From NCBI GenBank assembly GCA_046350855.1, contig JAXLZM010000004.1, positions 10,491 to 74,490 on the forward strand: a stretch of DNA of 64,000 nucleotides, given 5' to 3'. Source of the stretch: Candidatus Anderseniibacteriota bacterium (GTDB lineage: Bacteria > Patescibacteriota > JAUYIX01). Shown one piece after another: positions 27,576 to 37,847 of this stretch (the first letter of the stretch is position 1; the number at the start of each line of letters is the position of its first letter). The notes below the pieces were generated by a model that saw only the letters and a list, made by a program, of their open reading frames with translations, did not search any database and was not told the origin of the DNA. The translations under genes and the position numbers were made by a program.

Positions 27576-28161
27576 CGGGTTCTGCCAAAACAACTAGACG
27601 GCGGAGGCTGGTCCCGGTCGGCCAACAGGTGATCAGGACGAGCTCTGCGTTATCCTGGGGCTCAAGTATGGAGCGATCACGTGGGTCGATTTTTTTGGTT
27701 TGGCTGACCCGGTAGGTGTAGTGCCGGTCCTGGTAGTCGAGTGCGATAGTGTCGCCGGGTTGGAGTTTTTCGAGCAAGGCAAAAACGCTTTTGTAGTCTC
27801 CCGCCTCCCAGGGACTTTGCGAGGAGTGCCCGGTTAGCACCACGCTGCCGGCAGAACCAGGTAGCGCACTGTCAGCGTAGTGTACGATCCCCTTTTGGAG
27901 GGCCAGCAGCATGCTCTGCTCGTCATTCCTGTCAGGAAAAACGAGCGGAGCAGTAACCCCGATCTTAGCAATAGTTAGTTGATCACGGATGATCGGTCCG
28001 GGCATGGGTACGACAGCCGTTTGGTCGGCCCTGGGCCCGTCTATCCAATACCGGACTTTGAGCGCCAAAGCTGACCAGTTAGCAATCACAAACAGGAGGA
28101 GGCCACATAGGACGAACAGTACGCCAAAGGCCACGATACTATGTAAAAGTTTTTTGAACAT
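27565..28161 (-). CDS. Sortase, a transpeptidase with an N-terminal membrane anchor
   Basis: Catalytic His in VVLTGHS, Cys in LVLITCWP, and a conserved Arg near the C-terminus. N-terminal TM segment. Confidence 0.85.
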   Translation of the reverse strand: MFKKLLHSIVAFGVLFVLCGLLLFVIANWSALALKVRYWIDGPRADQTAVVPMPGPIIRDQLTIAKIGVTAPLVFPDRNDEQSMLLALQKGIVHYADSALPGSAGSVVLTGHSSQSPWEAGDYKSVFALLEKLQPGDTIALDYQDRHYTYRVSQTKKIDPRDRSILEPQDNAELVLITCWPTGTSLRRLVVLAEPATY

Positions 28162-28216
28162 ACCTGCTTACTAGCAGGTAGACCTTAAGAAAAGATTAAA
28201 TAAAGGTCCTTTACCA

Positions 28217-28246
28217 AAAAGCGCGGGGCGTATGCCCCGCGCTTTT
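28217..28246 (-). terminator. Rho-independent terminator downstream of rplL
   Basis: AAAAGCGCGGGGC-gtat-GCCCCGCGCTTTT is a 9-bp GC-rich stem with A/T runs on both sides, so it could act in either direction. It lies 17 nt past the rplL stop. Confidence 0.7.
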
Positions 28247-28262
28247 GTTCAGACTGGTCGTC

Positions 28263-28700
28263 TTATTTGAGGACGACTTTTGCGCCTGCGGCCTCGAGCT
28301 TTTTCTTCATCTCTTCGGCCTCTTCTTTTTTGACGTTCTCCTTGAGCACTTTTGGTGCGCCGTCTACGAGATCCTTAGCGTCCTTGAGTCCTTTACCAGT
28401 AATTTCGCGGACCGCTTTGATCACTTGAATCTTTTGAGCACCGGCTTCTTTGAGCTCAATAGTGAACTCGCTCTTCTCTTCGGCTGCGGCTGCTCCTGCA
28501 CCTGCGCCACCTGCGGCGGCAACGGCGACTGGAGCGGCGGCGGAGACGCCGAACTTCTCTTCGAGCACCGTAACGAGTTCAGAGAGATCGAGCACGCTCA
28601 TCTTCTCGATGGTCTCGACCACGCTCTTAAACTTAGCGGGTACTTCGACGGGCTTTTTTTCTTCCGCTTTTGGGGCGGCTGCTGGGGCTGTATCTGCCAT
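28263..28700 (-). CDS. rplL: 50S ribosomal protein L7/L12 with an N-terminal extension
   Basis: The C-terminal domain [68 protein letters not shown] and the oligomerisation helix [18 protein letters not shown] are typical. The start codon is preceded by AGGA 7 nt upstream. The gene is about 25 aa longer at the N-terminus than typical L12. Confidence 0.85.
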   Translation of the reverse strand: MADTAPAAAPKAEEKKPVEVPAKFKSVVETIEKMSVLDLSELVTVLEEKFGVSAAAPVAVAAAGGAGAGAAAAEEKSEFTIELKEAGAQKIQVIKAVREITGKGLKDAKDLVDGAPKVLKENVKKEEAEEMKKKLEAAGAKVVLK

Positions 28701-28719
28701 GATTTGTCCTGTGATTAGT

Positions 28720-29244
28720 TTAGTTAGACTTAGATTTGGCCAAAGCTGATAAGGCGTAGACGAGGGCGCGGGGCGTGCCGGCGAGAACTCGTACAAAGCA
28801 ACTGACCGGAGCAGCGATCGTACCAACCACGATGCCAAGCATATCTTGGCGGGTCGGCAGGGCTGCGAGCGACGTGAGCTGATCGACACCCACCGCTTTG
28901 TGGTCGATGACGCCAGCTACCAGTTCCAGCTTTTTGTGCGCTTTAGCAAAGTCGACCAGTGCTTTTGCCGGGAGAACTTCATCATCACCCACGACTAATG
29001 CGAGTGGTTTTTTGAAGGTCTTAGGCTCGAGGCCCTCGATTTTTGCTTCTTGCAGCACGCGTTGCAGTAAGGTGTTTTTGATCACCATAAAGCTGACGTT
29101 GGCCTTGCGCAGGACGCCGCGCAGTTCCTCAAGCTCTTTGACGGTGAGCCCTTGGTAACCGACGAGCACCTGCTCTTTTTTGGCGCTAACCTCTTTGACG
29201 AGATCGGCGACCAGTTCCTTTTTGGCCTGTTTGCTGATTGGCAT
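28720..29244 (-). CDS. rplJ: 50S ribosomal protein L10
   Basis: [19 protein letters not shown]...VKELEELRG... are L10 family features. It is immediately upstream of rplL. Confidence 0.9.
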   Translation of the reverse strand: MPISKQAKKELVADLVKEVSAKKEQVLVGYQGLTVKELEELRGVLRKANVSFMVIKNTLLQRVLQEAKIEGLEPKTFKKPLALVVGDDEVLPAKALVDFAKAHKKLELVAGVIDHKAVGVDQLTSLAALPTRQDMLGIVVGTIAAPVSCFVRVLAGTPRALVYALSALAKSKSN

Positions 29245-29447
29245 ACGCGAGTAATAACGGATTGGCGGGCACTAAAAAACGGCCCATAACGGCCGCAAAG
29301 AGACGCACTATGACGTCAGGAGATTCCTCGCCGGGAGATTAAGGCTGAACGCGGCACTGTAGGGCCGTGGGTTCTGCCACCCGGGGTCTTTGGAAACCGT
29401 GCCGACAGACTACGTAACCTAGCCGAACCTGTCAACCGGGCGTATCG
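29245..29447 (-). promoter_or_regulatory. Candidate rplJ (L10) leader / autoregulatory 5' UTR
   Basis: A ~200-nt GC-rich non-coding region lies between mltG and rplJ on the coding strand. In many bacteria the L10 leader occupies this position. Its structure was not verified. Confidence 0.3.
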
Positions 29448-30512
29448 CTACTCGTCGAGGCCAGCTTTTTGGATGTTGGCCTGGTGTTCTTCCAGGGTCT
29501 TAGCGTAGAGGGTCTCCCCCGTCTTGAGATTGCTCACAAAATACAGATAGCCACTCCCGGTTGGTGCCAAGGCGGCCTGGATCGCACTGAGACCCGGAGA
29601 GTTAATCGGACCCGGTGGTAAGCCTGTATGGAGGTACGTATTGTACGGATCCTCGGTCTGCGTGTCCGCAGTACTAAACTCGGTCTTGTCGTCCTGCTTA
29701 AGGACGTAGGCCAGCGTAATGTCAGACTGCAGCGGCATACCCGCCTCGAGCCGATTGGTAAAGACTCCGGCGACCAACTTACGGTCCGTGTCACCAGGCA
29801 CCTCTTTTTCTACGATCGAGGCCAGAGTGAGGATCTGATAGAGGGACTGCTTGGAGGCCTCGAGCTGGGGCAAGAGGTCGGCAATTTTTGACTCAAAGTT
29901 TTTGAGCATAGCCGTGACGACCTCCTCAGGCGTAACATCTGGAGCAAAATGGTAGGTATCTGGGAACAAAAAACCCTCAAGGTCTGCTGCACCCGGTTTA
30001 CTCTGTAAAAAAGAAAAGGAATATTCTTGTCGCGTGGCTCGCAAAAAGTCATCGTGCGAGACAACATGGTTTTGTTGTAATACATCCGCTACCTGATCGA
30101 GACGCAACCCCTCGGGAATGGTGACGCGTAGCTCTTTGGTTTTACCGTCACGGAGTAGTTCTGCCATTTGACGAGCCGACTGAGCGGCAGAGAGTTCGTA
30201 GGTCCCGGCCTGGAGTTTACCGCGCGCACCCTCGAGTACGACCGCGGCACTAAAAGCGTTTTTACTGACCAACAAACCCTCTTCAAAGAGCTTTTGGCCT
30301 ATCTCGGGTGTACCGAGTCCAGCCTCGATCGTGATGGTTTTGGGAGTAGCCTTGGGATCCTTAATCTTGTTGGCGCTACGCATCACCAAACTGAGCACCA
30401 CGATCCCAGTCAGTACCAGGGCGCCAAAAAAAAGCAGCGCGGTCCAGCGGCCGGTATGTCGGCGACCTCGATAGGCTTCTATAGCTCGTGCATGAGAGAG
30501 TTGCCGGCGCAT
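29448..30512 (-). CDS. mltG: Endolytic murein transglycosylase MltG (YceG family)
   Basis: N-terminal TM segment and a YceG-like domain with the C-terminal ...LYFVSNLKTGETLYAKTLEEHQANIQKAGL. Confidence 0.85.
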   Translation of the reverse strand: MRRQLSHARAIEAYRGRRHTGRWTALLFFGALVLTGIVVLSLVMRSANKIKDPKATPKTITIEAGLGTPEIGQKLFEEGLLVSKNAFSAAVVLEGARGKLQAGTYELSAAQSARQMAELLRDGKTKELRVTIPEGLRLDQVADVLQQNHVVSHDDFLRATRQEYSFSFLQSKPGAADLEGFLFPDTYHFAPDVTPEEVVTAMLKNFESKIADLLPQLEASKQSLYQILTLASIVEKEVPGDTDRKLVAGVFTNRLEAGMPLQSDITLAYVLKQDDKTEFSTADTQTEDPYNTYLHTGLPPGPINSPGLSAIQAALAPTGSGYLYFVSNLKTGETLYAKTLEEHQANIQKAGLDE

Positions 30513-30550
30513 TTTGTGGCGTGGTAGTGTTCTCTACTCTACTGGCATCT

Positions 30551-30817
30551 ATGGATCCTGCAACACCCGTTCGTAACTTAATTGAGGAACCAACTGTGGA
30601 AACTGGGATCCTAGCTTTGCCCGGTTTGCATTTTCCGGGCATCACTCGGCCCAACCTCACCGTCTCAACCTGGTTGGTGACGCTCGTGCTGCTGCTCGTG
30701 TTAGTTGGATCGAGCCTGGTGTACTACTGCGGTTGGCCCTGGCACCGTAAAAAGGCTAGCGAGCTGACGCTGATTGACGCGATCGATCAAGATCCCAAGC
30801 TACGACCGCGCAGTTAG
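30551..30817 (+). CDS. Hypothetical small membrane protein
   Basis: ORF trimmed to MDPATPVRNL.... One TM segment (LVTLVLLLVLVGSSLVYY). Confidence 0.3.
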   Translation: MDPATPVRNLIEEPTVETGILALPGLHFPGITRPNLTVSTWLVTLVLLLVLVGSSLVYYCGWPWHRKKASELTLIDAIDQDPKLRPRS

Positions 30818-30843
30818 CGAGGCTTACCTCGTCTTAGAGCGAC

Positions 30844-31608
30844 TTATTTGCCAAAGCGTCGGCTGCGCGACTGGTACTCTTTTACGGCGTCTTCAAAATC
30901 GGCTTCGCTAAACTCCGGCCAAAAGCGCTTAGTAAAGTAGAGTTCGCTGTAGCTGCCCTGCCAGAGCAAAAAGTTGGAGAGGCGTTGTTCACCCCCGGTG
31001 CGGATGATCAGGTCGGGGTCATTTTGGCCGGCCGTGTCGAGATTGGCCGTGATGGCCTCCTCGGTAATGTTGACGGCGGCTACGCCCTTGTCAAGCAGAC
31101 GGCGCACGGCCCGCACGATCTCCGAGCGACCACCATAGTCGAGCGCAATGTTGAGGATGAACTTATTATTACGCTCGGACACCCGCATCAACTCCTCGAT
31201 AGCACGACGCAGGTTGTCGGGTAAGCGTTTGAGGTCTCCAATTGTGCGGAACCGAATATTATTTTTGAGGATCGAGAAGCGCTCCGTAACGACAAACTTA
31301 AGCACGAGTTTAAACAGGTTACTCAGTTCTTCGCGTGTGCGTTTCCAGTTCTCGGTCGAGAGGGCGTAAATCGTGAGATTGGTGACGCCCATGGCTTGGG
31401 CTTTTTTCATAATACGGCGAATATTGTCGGCGCCGGCTTCATGTCCCTTGAGTGGGGACAGTCCGCGCTGTTTGGCCCAGCGGCGGTTGCCATCGATAAT
31501 AATGCCGACGTGACGCGGCACTGCAGGACTCGTAGCGGCTGGTTCCGCCTTGGTCAAAGGCTGTAATTGCATGGCGGCCATCCTAGTCTTATCGACCCAA
31601 CGAGTCAA
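30844..31608 (-). CDS. uppS: Isoprenyl transferase (undecaprenyl diphosphate synthase)
   Basis: HVGIIIDGNRRWAKQRGL and the rest of the UppS fold are present. The start may be one of the internal Mets at 31581 or 31572. Confidence 0.85.
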   Translation of the reverse strand: MTRWVDKTRMAAMQLQPLTKAEPAATSPAVPRHVGIIIDGNRRWAKQRGLSPLKGHEAGADNIRRIMKKAQAMGVTNLTIYALSTENWKRTREELSNLFKLVLKFVVTERFSILKNNIRFRTIGDLKRLPDNLRRAIEELMRVSERNNKFILNIALDYGGRSEIVRAVRRLLDKGVAAVNITEEAITANLDTAGQNDPDLIIRTGGEQRLSNFLLWQGSYSELYFTKRFWPEFSEADFEDAVKEYQSRSRRFGK

Positions 31609-31613
31609 TTTGA

Positions 31614-33143
31614 CTATTGCACAAACGCTTGCCCCACCATCAAATCATACCAACTCTCTACCAGAGGCCGATCATCGGTTGCAGGAGCAAGTCCTGGCTC
31701 AGGTAGAACCGGTGTCGCCAAGGTCGCAATACTCTCAACCGCAGAGCGCAATTCTATCGGAGCCTGGGTGGGGTCTGGTTTTACTAGCGGTGCCGAGCTC
31801 GCATACAAGACCACGTTGTAACTACTGGGCACTGGTAGCGCGAGTACATTTGGGAAAACACTGGCGATGGTAGTAGCGAGCGTTTGTTGCACATGCGAGT
31901 TTTCTCCAACAACGTTTAGGTTAACGGCGAGTATCCCGTCAGCTGCAAGTTTACTTTTAGCCAGCTCAAAAAACTCCTGAGTCGAGAGATGGGGCGGGAT
32001 GTACAACTGCCGAAAAGCATCGACGACCAGTACATCAAACGGTCCTGATTGGGCGTTGAGCCAGACACGACCATCTGCAGGGGTGCTGGTGAGTGTCTGC
32101 AGCTCGCCTAAACCAAAGTACTGGCGCGCGAGGTCGAGGGTGGCTGGGTCAAGTTCTGCGCCGGCTTGCGTGAGTTGGTGCGGTTTTACACTCTTGGGTC
32201 CATACAAGGCCTCGACCTCGCGCGCGACCGTTCCCCCGGCTAAACCAACGATCCCAACGGAAAGATCCGTACGGGCACGGGCGGTCGTCGGTCGTAACTC
32301 GGGAGATGCAGCCAACCAATCAAACACTAGCCCGGTCGTGATCACATGTGGGTCATAGACAGAGTGGATACCCAACCCCTCGTCTTGTTCCAAGTGCACT
32401 TGTTGGTCGTGGTCGCGTACGACCCGGAGATACTCCAGGCGACTCTCCCGCTCGGCCACCACCTCGTCCGCCCCCCTACTGAGCGTCGGAGAGACCAGGA
32501 GACCCGCTCCTGCAAGCACTAGAGCAACAAGACCAGGGCCAAGCACACGCTTTGCGCCAGAGCGTGCCAAACCGACAACACTCAACAGCGCCAATAGCGC
32601 CGCAAACGACAAAATCGTTTTTTTGGTTCCAATCAGTGGCACTAACAAGAGTGTCGGCAAAAACGTCCCGAGCAAGCTCCCGATCGTCGACCAGGCGTAG
32701 ATCCGGCCGGCCGCTTTGCCGCGGTGTTGGTGCTGGTCGGTACCCAGATGCACCAGCCACGGGCTGACCATCCCGAGTAGCACAAAGGGAATAAAGAACA
32801 GTACAAAGCAACCCAACAAACTAAAAACGATCAAGCGCCAATCTACCGTCGAGATGTGATCGCGCAAAAAGCTGAGCAGACTGGGTGCCACAAACGGGAT
32901 CAACGCACAAACACAGGCGGTCAAAAGCATTAGCAAAAACAAGGGTCGCGCGGCCCGTAGTTTGTCAGCCAGCCAACCACCCGACCAGTAGCCCACTGCC
33001 AATCCCGCCAAGATCACACCCAAAATATTAGACGTCACAAAAATCGAGTTACCAAAATAGGGTGCCACGATTCTAAACGATGTAATCTCGATGCCGAGCA
33101 CCACCAGGCCGCTTGTAAAGGCAACCAGTCTGATAAAACGCAT
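31614..33143 (-). CDS. Membrane protein with a C-terminal spermidine-synthase-like (class I methyltransferase fold) domain
   Basis: About 6 N-terminal TM helices. The C-terminal part has VGIVGLAGGTVAREV...DVLVVDAF, the spermine/spermidine synthase family fold. Confidence 0.6.
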   Translation of the reverse strand: MRFIRLVAFTSGLVVLGIEITSFRIVAPYFGNSIFVTSNILGVILAGLAVGYWSGGWLADKLRAARPLFLLMLLTACVCALIPFVAPSLLSFLRDHISTVDWRLIVFSLLGCFVLFFIPFVLLGMVSPWLVHLGTDQHQHRGKAAGRIYAWSTIGSLLGTFLPTLLLVPLIGTKKTILSFAALLALLSVVGLARSGAKRVLGPGLVALVLAGAGLLVSPTLSRGADEVVAERESRLEYLRVVRDHDQQVHLEQDEGLGIHSVYDPHVITTGLVFDWLAASPELRPTTARARTDLSVGIVGLAGGTVAREVEALYGPKSVKPHQLTQAGAELDPATLDLARQYFGLGELQTLTSTPADGRVWLNAQSGPFDVLVVDAFRQLYIPPHLSTQEFFELAKSKLAADGILAVNLNVVGENSHVQQTLATTIASVFPNVLALPVPSSYNVVLYASSAPLVKPDPTQAPIELRSAVESIATLATPVLPEPGLAPATDDRPLVESWYDLMVGQAFVQ

Positions 33144-36100
33144 TAGAGCGAGGACTCGAGGTCGGTCTCTACCCCAGCGGAGATGGCGCTGGTTCCACCA
33201 AACAACACGCCCCCCATCACTTGTGCCCCGTATGCGGCCAAATAGTCGGCTACCGCCTCCGGCACCGCATCTGGTTGAACCAAAAGCAGCGGAGCTTGCA
33301 GCTGCTGTGAGCCAACTAAGGGGCCGGCCACGAGACTGTCCGGAAAGTTAGTCCCGGTCGAAAAGCTAACCGTGTCGGCACTCGGGTAAAAGGTCTGGGC
33401 CAGTTGCACGGCGGTCTCGTACCGGTTGCTGCCGGCGGTTCTGTCGACCGTCCCGTACGGATCAGCCGCGTCAAAGACGTCGTCGCTCACCACGGCGCTG
33501 CCGCCCACGATGTGGATACTAGTAGCGGGCGTTTTTTTAAGAAAATCCTCGGTCACCTGGGGCAGCGCGTCTTTAGTAGTAAGCACGATGGCGGCGCGAT
33601 CCCGGGCCGCAATGGAGGAGGCTGCGAGCGCATCCGGAAAGCTCGTGCCACTGGCCAAAAAGACTTGTGTGAGATGCTCGAGCTGCTCGGCCACTTGGAC
33701 CGCGGTCTCGTAGCGATTGGCTCCCGCTAGTCGTGTGACCGCAAACCCCGCTGCGCTGAGTGCATCCGCGACCGCCGCCGAGATGGCACTCTCCCCTCCC
33801 AAAAGCCAGACCTTGCCACCCTCGGGCAAAACTCGCTCGATCTCAGCCAGAACCTCCGGCTGCAACGTAGCCGTCGAGGTCAGCAAAATGGGCGCGTTTT
33901 CTTGCGCGGCCAGAGGGGCACCCGCCAGTCCATCTGCAAACTGATCCCCCCGAGCCAAAAAGACCGCGCCAGCACTCTTGTCCTGGCTAAATTGGTTTTG
34001 GCTAATGGCAATGGCGGTCTCGTACCGATTGGCCCCTTCCAGTCGATCGAGCGTGATAAAGCTATAGGCCCCGCGGTCAAACGCTCCCAGCTGCGAGCGA
34101 GAGCGCCCATCAAAATCACGGTCATACCCGTGAGAACTGCCCGAGCGGATCGCCGGCGACCCGGCACGCACTTTGTAGTTTTCGGTACCGGCCAGACGTG
34201 ACAAGACTAGCGCTGCATCCGACATCATTTGGTAGACCACCCCCGTCACGCTGCTGTAGGAGTTATTAGCGTAGGCCTCGTAGACCAGCTTAGCCACGTC
34301 GGTATTGCCCGGTAGCTCGGCCCAGCTATGAAAATAATAAATCCGCGAGGCGACCGAGGCAGAGAGGGTGCCATCCAAATACCAGTTGATGCTGCCCGTA
34401 CTGGGTTTCCACAATTGCGAGCTAAAGGTTCGGCCAAAAAGGGCCAAATCAGAGTCGGTAAAGGTAATCCCGGCCTCGCGTGCTGCCTCAACAAACTTAA
34501 TCACGACCCCGCCGTGGTTGACGTCCTCTGAGATAACATCCTGCCAGGCATCGGTGCTCAGTGCTGGATAGTAGTAACGCCAGTAAAAAAATGATTGACC
34601 GTCGGTGGCGGTGCGCACCTCGAGCTTAGATTTAAACCAGTCTGCCACTTGCTTGGCGCGCGTTTTGTACTTGGTATCACCAGTGGCCTGGTACATACGC
34701 ACCCAGAGTTGCGCTAAGTCCGCGCTCTGGTTGACCGGCAAGGTGTTGCCCGGGATGGCGTACTGTTCGTCCGTGGGCCAGCGATAGACCCCGCCTGGAC
34801 CGCCCGCCCAGATGGACGAACCACTCGTCTTAAAGTATGGCTCCCACTTGGGGTAAATCTCCGTATCGACTTTAGTGATGTAGTCCTGCGCTTTGGCCAA
34901 GTAGGTCGAACCCGCCACAGGCAAACCCTGGAGAGTGGGGTCACCCAGCACCTCGACCGCAAACTCGATCAGAGGGGCCAGGAGGCCGCCCTCAATGTTC
35001 TCGTACTCGAGCTGCTTTTTAGCTTTGGTCTCGATTTTGTAGACATCACCACCGACCGGGTACTCGTTTTGCGATTGGTTGCAGCAAAAGTAGACTTTGA
35101 CATCGTAGTTGACCGCGCTCTCGATGGTGGGATCGTCCAGGGTTTGTGGAGTAAGGCCCGCACCGGCGTACGTCACATTGGTCGCAAGCGCGACCGGGGT
35201 ACCGGTCACGTCCCATACGTCGTATTTGCTCGGGCTCGTAAAGCGTAGTTCAAGTTTTTTGCTGAGTAACCCGTCCGCATTGCCAGGGCCGTAGATGCCG
35301 AGGTCGCCATTGACGGGCGTGCCGGCGGAGTCCAGTACCTTAAACGTCACGCCGTTGCCGGATGTCCCAACGCTCGGTTTAACCATAGCGCGCGCGTAGC
35401 GACTGGTGGTCCAGCCGCAGTACCCATCATCAGTGCTACCCGGTGTGGCGGGGTTGTCAGTACAGTTGGCCCAGACGTTGTCGGCCTGGTCCACGATTTT
35501 AGCTAGCCAGCGCGTGTCTTTAGTGGCGCGATACATGTCCAGATATGATTCAAACATAAAGCCTTGATCCCAGCGTAGGTTGGCCGCGTTGGTGTTGTTG
35601 GACCAAGCCTCCCCACCAAAGAGGGCTGCGTCTAAATCCCGGACGGTATTATGCAAAAAGTTGGTTTTGTCGGACTCGCGCGTGCTCGTACTGCGGTATC
35701 GAGGATCGGCCTCATTGGAGCCACTCTCTCCTCCCGCAGCCGCTCCCAAGCTCCCCACCGTGTATTTGGCCGAACCACCCACCGCGCCCAGAGCACCACT
35801 CGGGTTCCAATAGCTGTTGTTACGGGTGGTCAAGCCACTTTTAGAGGGAGTATCGATACGAACCGGATCCTCTAAGGCTGAACCATACAAATTGTTTTGC
35901 AAAAGCGCGTTGGTCGAGCTCTCCAGATCGATGCCCACGTTGCTGTGATGAAAACTCCCGTTATAGACATCAAAGCTGGTCGAGTTGACCGCCCGCACCG
36001 CTGCACCATAGATCTCACTCCCAATGATGTTGAGTGCCGAATCATTGGGCGAGTTTTTAACCAAGACGCCAGCGTCGTTACTGCCCCGATCCCCGATATC

Positions 36101-36814
36101 CGAGGCCCAAATCGACCGTGCCGAAGAGCTCCCAGCATTATCAAAGGTGATCCCGGTACCGGCGTAGTGCTTAAAGAGCAAGCCTTCAACCAACACATTG
36201 GGCACATTGACCACTTTGAGTCCGTTGGACCCGGTCGTGAGCGTAACGGGTCGTGTGTTGGGGTCGGCGTAGTCGAGCAAGCGCACCACCACGTTGCCGC
36301 CCGAGTAGGTCCACACATTACGCTGCCGCTTAACATCGTTGACGCTCGCGACGTGCTTGAGTCGCTCTAATCCGTCGGTGACAAACTTGGGTTGGTTAGA
36401 GGGTGCCGTGTAGACGTCGTTGGTTCCACTCAGGCGGAACCAGGTCGTGGGTGCCGCCCCACCGATAAAGAGCGGTTTTTGTGTCGCGGCGTTTTTGATC
36501 GTGATGACCGCTCCGGCCGGGCCATTGTTTTTGCCGGTCAGGGTCGACTCGCTTAGGTAGGTGCCTGGTGCAACCAAAATTGTGTAGTTTTGCGTAGGGG
36601 TAGCCGGAATCGCATTGATGGCCGCTTGCAAGGTAGCGTAGGTCTGCCCCGCGCCTACCGTGAGCTCGACCGTGGCGAGACTGGCTTTAAGAGTGGGCAC
36701 GACCTCACTGCCTGGATCGGCCTTGCTAGCCGCCTGGACAGACTGGGGTGCAACACTCGCAAAAAGACTTACGGTTACAAGGAGAGTCAGTGTTAGTTTG
36801 GAAGTCAAGCGCAT
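33143..36814 (-). CDS. Large secreted protein with a right-handed beta-helix (pectate-lyase-like) domain, a central glycosidase-like region, and three C-terminal CWB2 cell-wall-binding repeats
   Basis: Signal peptide, then parallel beta-helix repeats (NSTSFDVYNGSFHHSNVGIDLESSTNALLQNNLYGS...). The C-terminus has three ANRYETA...ADGLAG...PLLL... repeats, the CWB2 type. Confidence 0.7.
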   Translation of the reverse strand: MRLTSKLTLTLLVTVSLFASVAPQSVQAASKADPGSEVVPTLKASLATVELTVGAGQTYATLQAAINAIPATPTQNYTILVAPGTYLSESTLTGKNNGPAGAVITIKNAATQKPLFIGGAAPTTWFRLSGTNDVYTAPSNQPKFVTDGLERLKHVASVNDVKRQRNVWTYSGGNVVVRLLDYADPNTRPVTLTTGSNGLKVVNVPNVLVEGLLFKHYAGTGITFDNAGSSSARSIWASDIGDRGSNDAGVLVKNSPNDSALNIIGSEIYGAAVRAVNSTSFDVYNGSFHHSNVGIDLESSTNALLQNNLYGSALEDPVRIDTPSKSGLTTRNNSYWNPSGALGAVGGSAKYTVGSLGAAAGGESGSNEADPRYRSTSTRESDKTNFLHNTVRDLDAALFGGEAWSNNTNAANLRWDQGFMFESYLDMYRATKDTRWLAKIVDQADNVWANCTDNPATPGSTDDGYCGWTTSRYARAMVKPSVGTSGNGVTFKVLDSAGTPVNGDLGIYGPGNADGLLSKKLELRFTSPSKYDVWDVTGTPVALATNVTYAGAGLTPQTLDDPTIESAVNYDVKVYFCCNQSQNEYPVGGDVYKIETKAKKQLEYENIEGGLLAPLIEFAVEVLGDPTLQGLPVAGSTYLAKAQDYITKVDTEIYPKWEPYFKTSGSSIWAGGPGGVYRWPTDEQYAIPGNTLPVNQSADLAQLWVRMYQATGDTKYKTRAKQVADWFKSKLEVRTATDGQSFFYWRYYYPALSTDAWQDVISEDVNHGGVVIKFVEAAREAGITFTDSDLALFGRTFSSQLWKPSTGSINWYLDGTLSASVASRIYYFHSWAELPGNTDVAKLVYEAYANNSYSSVTGVVYQMMSDAALVLSRLAGTENYKVRAGSPAIRSGSSHGYDRDFDGRSRSQLGAFDRGAYSFITLDRLEGANRYETAIAISQNQFSQDKSAGAVFLARGDQFADGLAGAPLAAQENAPILLTSTATLQPEVLAEIERVLPEGGKVWLLGGESAISAAVADALSAAGFAVTRLAGANRYETAVQVAEQLEHLTQVFLASGTSFPDALAASSIAARDRAAIVLTTKDALPQVTEDFLKKTPATSIHIVGGSAVVSDDVFDAADPYGTVDRTAGSNRYETAVQLAQTFYPSADTVSFSTGTNFPDSLVAGPLVGSQQLQAPLLLVQPDAVPEAVADYLAAYGAQVMGGVLFGGTSAISAGVETDLESSL

Positions 36815-36837
36815 CGCTTTTGTACTCTACGTAAAAC

Positions 36838-37059
36838 TCAAAAAAATTCAATCACCGGAAAGCGCCGGTCCAGCTCGGCCGGATCAAGGATCTGGCCGTT
36901 TTGTTGCGCCTGACCGACTGCCGCGTCGCGACGCACCCTTTGGACAAAGTTCACCACTAGGCCACATCCAAGCAGCGCCGCAACGAGGAGGCCGATACAG
37001 GCCAAGCTCACGAGCAGAGCGGTTTTTTTAGGTTGCGTGACGAGGAGGGACTTGTTCAT
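36838..37059 (-). CDS. Hypothetical small membrane protein (73 aa)
   Basis: Single TM segment (ALLVSLACIGLLVAALLGCGLVV). It lies just upstream of the large CWB2 gene. Confidence 0.35.
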   Translation of the reverse strand: MNKSLLVTQPKKTALLVSLACIGLLVAALLGCGLVVNFVQRVRRDAAVGQAQQNGQILDPAELDRRFPVIEFF

Positions 37060-37090
37060 CCGGGCGGTACGGTATAGTGCTTAGCATACT

Positions 37091-37846
37091 ATGCCGGCTG
37101 CACGACCGTATTTGAGCGTGATTATTCCGATGTACAACGAGGAGCAGCGCCTGGCGGCGACCGTGCGGGCCGTGGTGGCGTACCTAGAGGAGCACCGCCC
37201 CTCGTTTGAGGTGCTCCTGGTGGACGATGGTTCGACCGATGGGAGTGTGGCACTGGCTCACTCTCTGGCGGCCGAACTCCCCAACCTGGCGGTCATCACG
37301 CATCCCCGTAACTTGGGCAAGGGGGCCAGCGTCCAAGATGGATTGCGTGAGGCGCAGGGTGAGTACCTCCTGTATATGGATGCAGATCACTCCACCAACA
37401 TTGCTGAACTTCGCCAGCTCCCACGTTTGATCGCGCGTGGAGCAGACGTCATGGTTAGCTCACGCTATGTGCCAGGTAGCCGCATTACCAGTAAGCAACC
37501 CTGGCAGCGGGTGGTCGTGAGTCGGGTTGCCAATTTTGTTATTCGTCTTTTTGCAGTACCCGGGATCCATGACACACAAAACGGCTTTAAGATTTTGCGC
37601 GGGACGGCGGCGCGCGACATTTTGCCGCACTTGCTGCTGCGACGCTGGGCCTTTGACGTGGAGTTACTATATGTCGCGCGCCGCCTGGGCTATCGGGTGG
37701 TGGAATTTCCGGTCACCTGGCACCACACCCCTGGATCCAAACTCAACATCGGTCGCGATTTACGCAACACGGTGGGAGAATTTTGGAAGTTCATCTGGAA
37801 TCGTCTCAGGGGTCGCTATCCCAAGCGCCTCAGAGCGAGAGATTAG
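37091..37846 (+). CDS. Family 2 glycosyltransferase, polyprenyl-phosphate sugar synthase-like
   Basis: SVIIPMYNEE...LVDDGSTDGS...YMDADHS are the GT2 / DPM1-like motifs. Confidence 0.85.
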   Translation: MPAARPYLSVIIPMYNEEQRLAATVRAVVAYLEEHRPSFEVLLVDDGSTDGSVALAHSLAAELPNLAVITHPRNLGKGASVQDGLREAQGEYLLYMDADHSTNIAELRQLPRLIARGADVMVSSRYVPGSRITSKQPWQRVVVSRVANFVIRLFAVPGIHDTQNGFKILRGTAARDILPHLLLRRWAFDVELLYVARRLGYRVVEFPVTWHHTPGSKLNIGRDLRNTVGEFWKFIWNRLRGRYPKRLRARD

Positions 37847-37847
37847 C

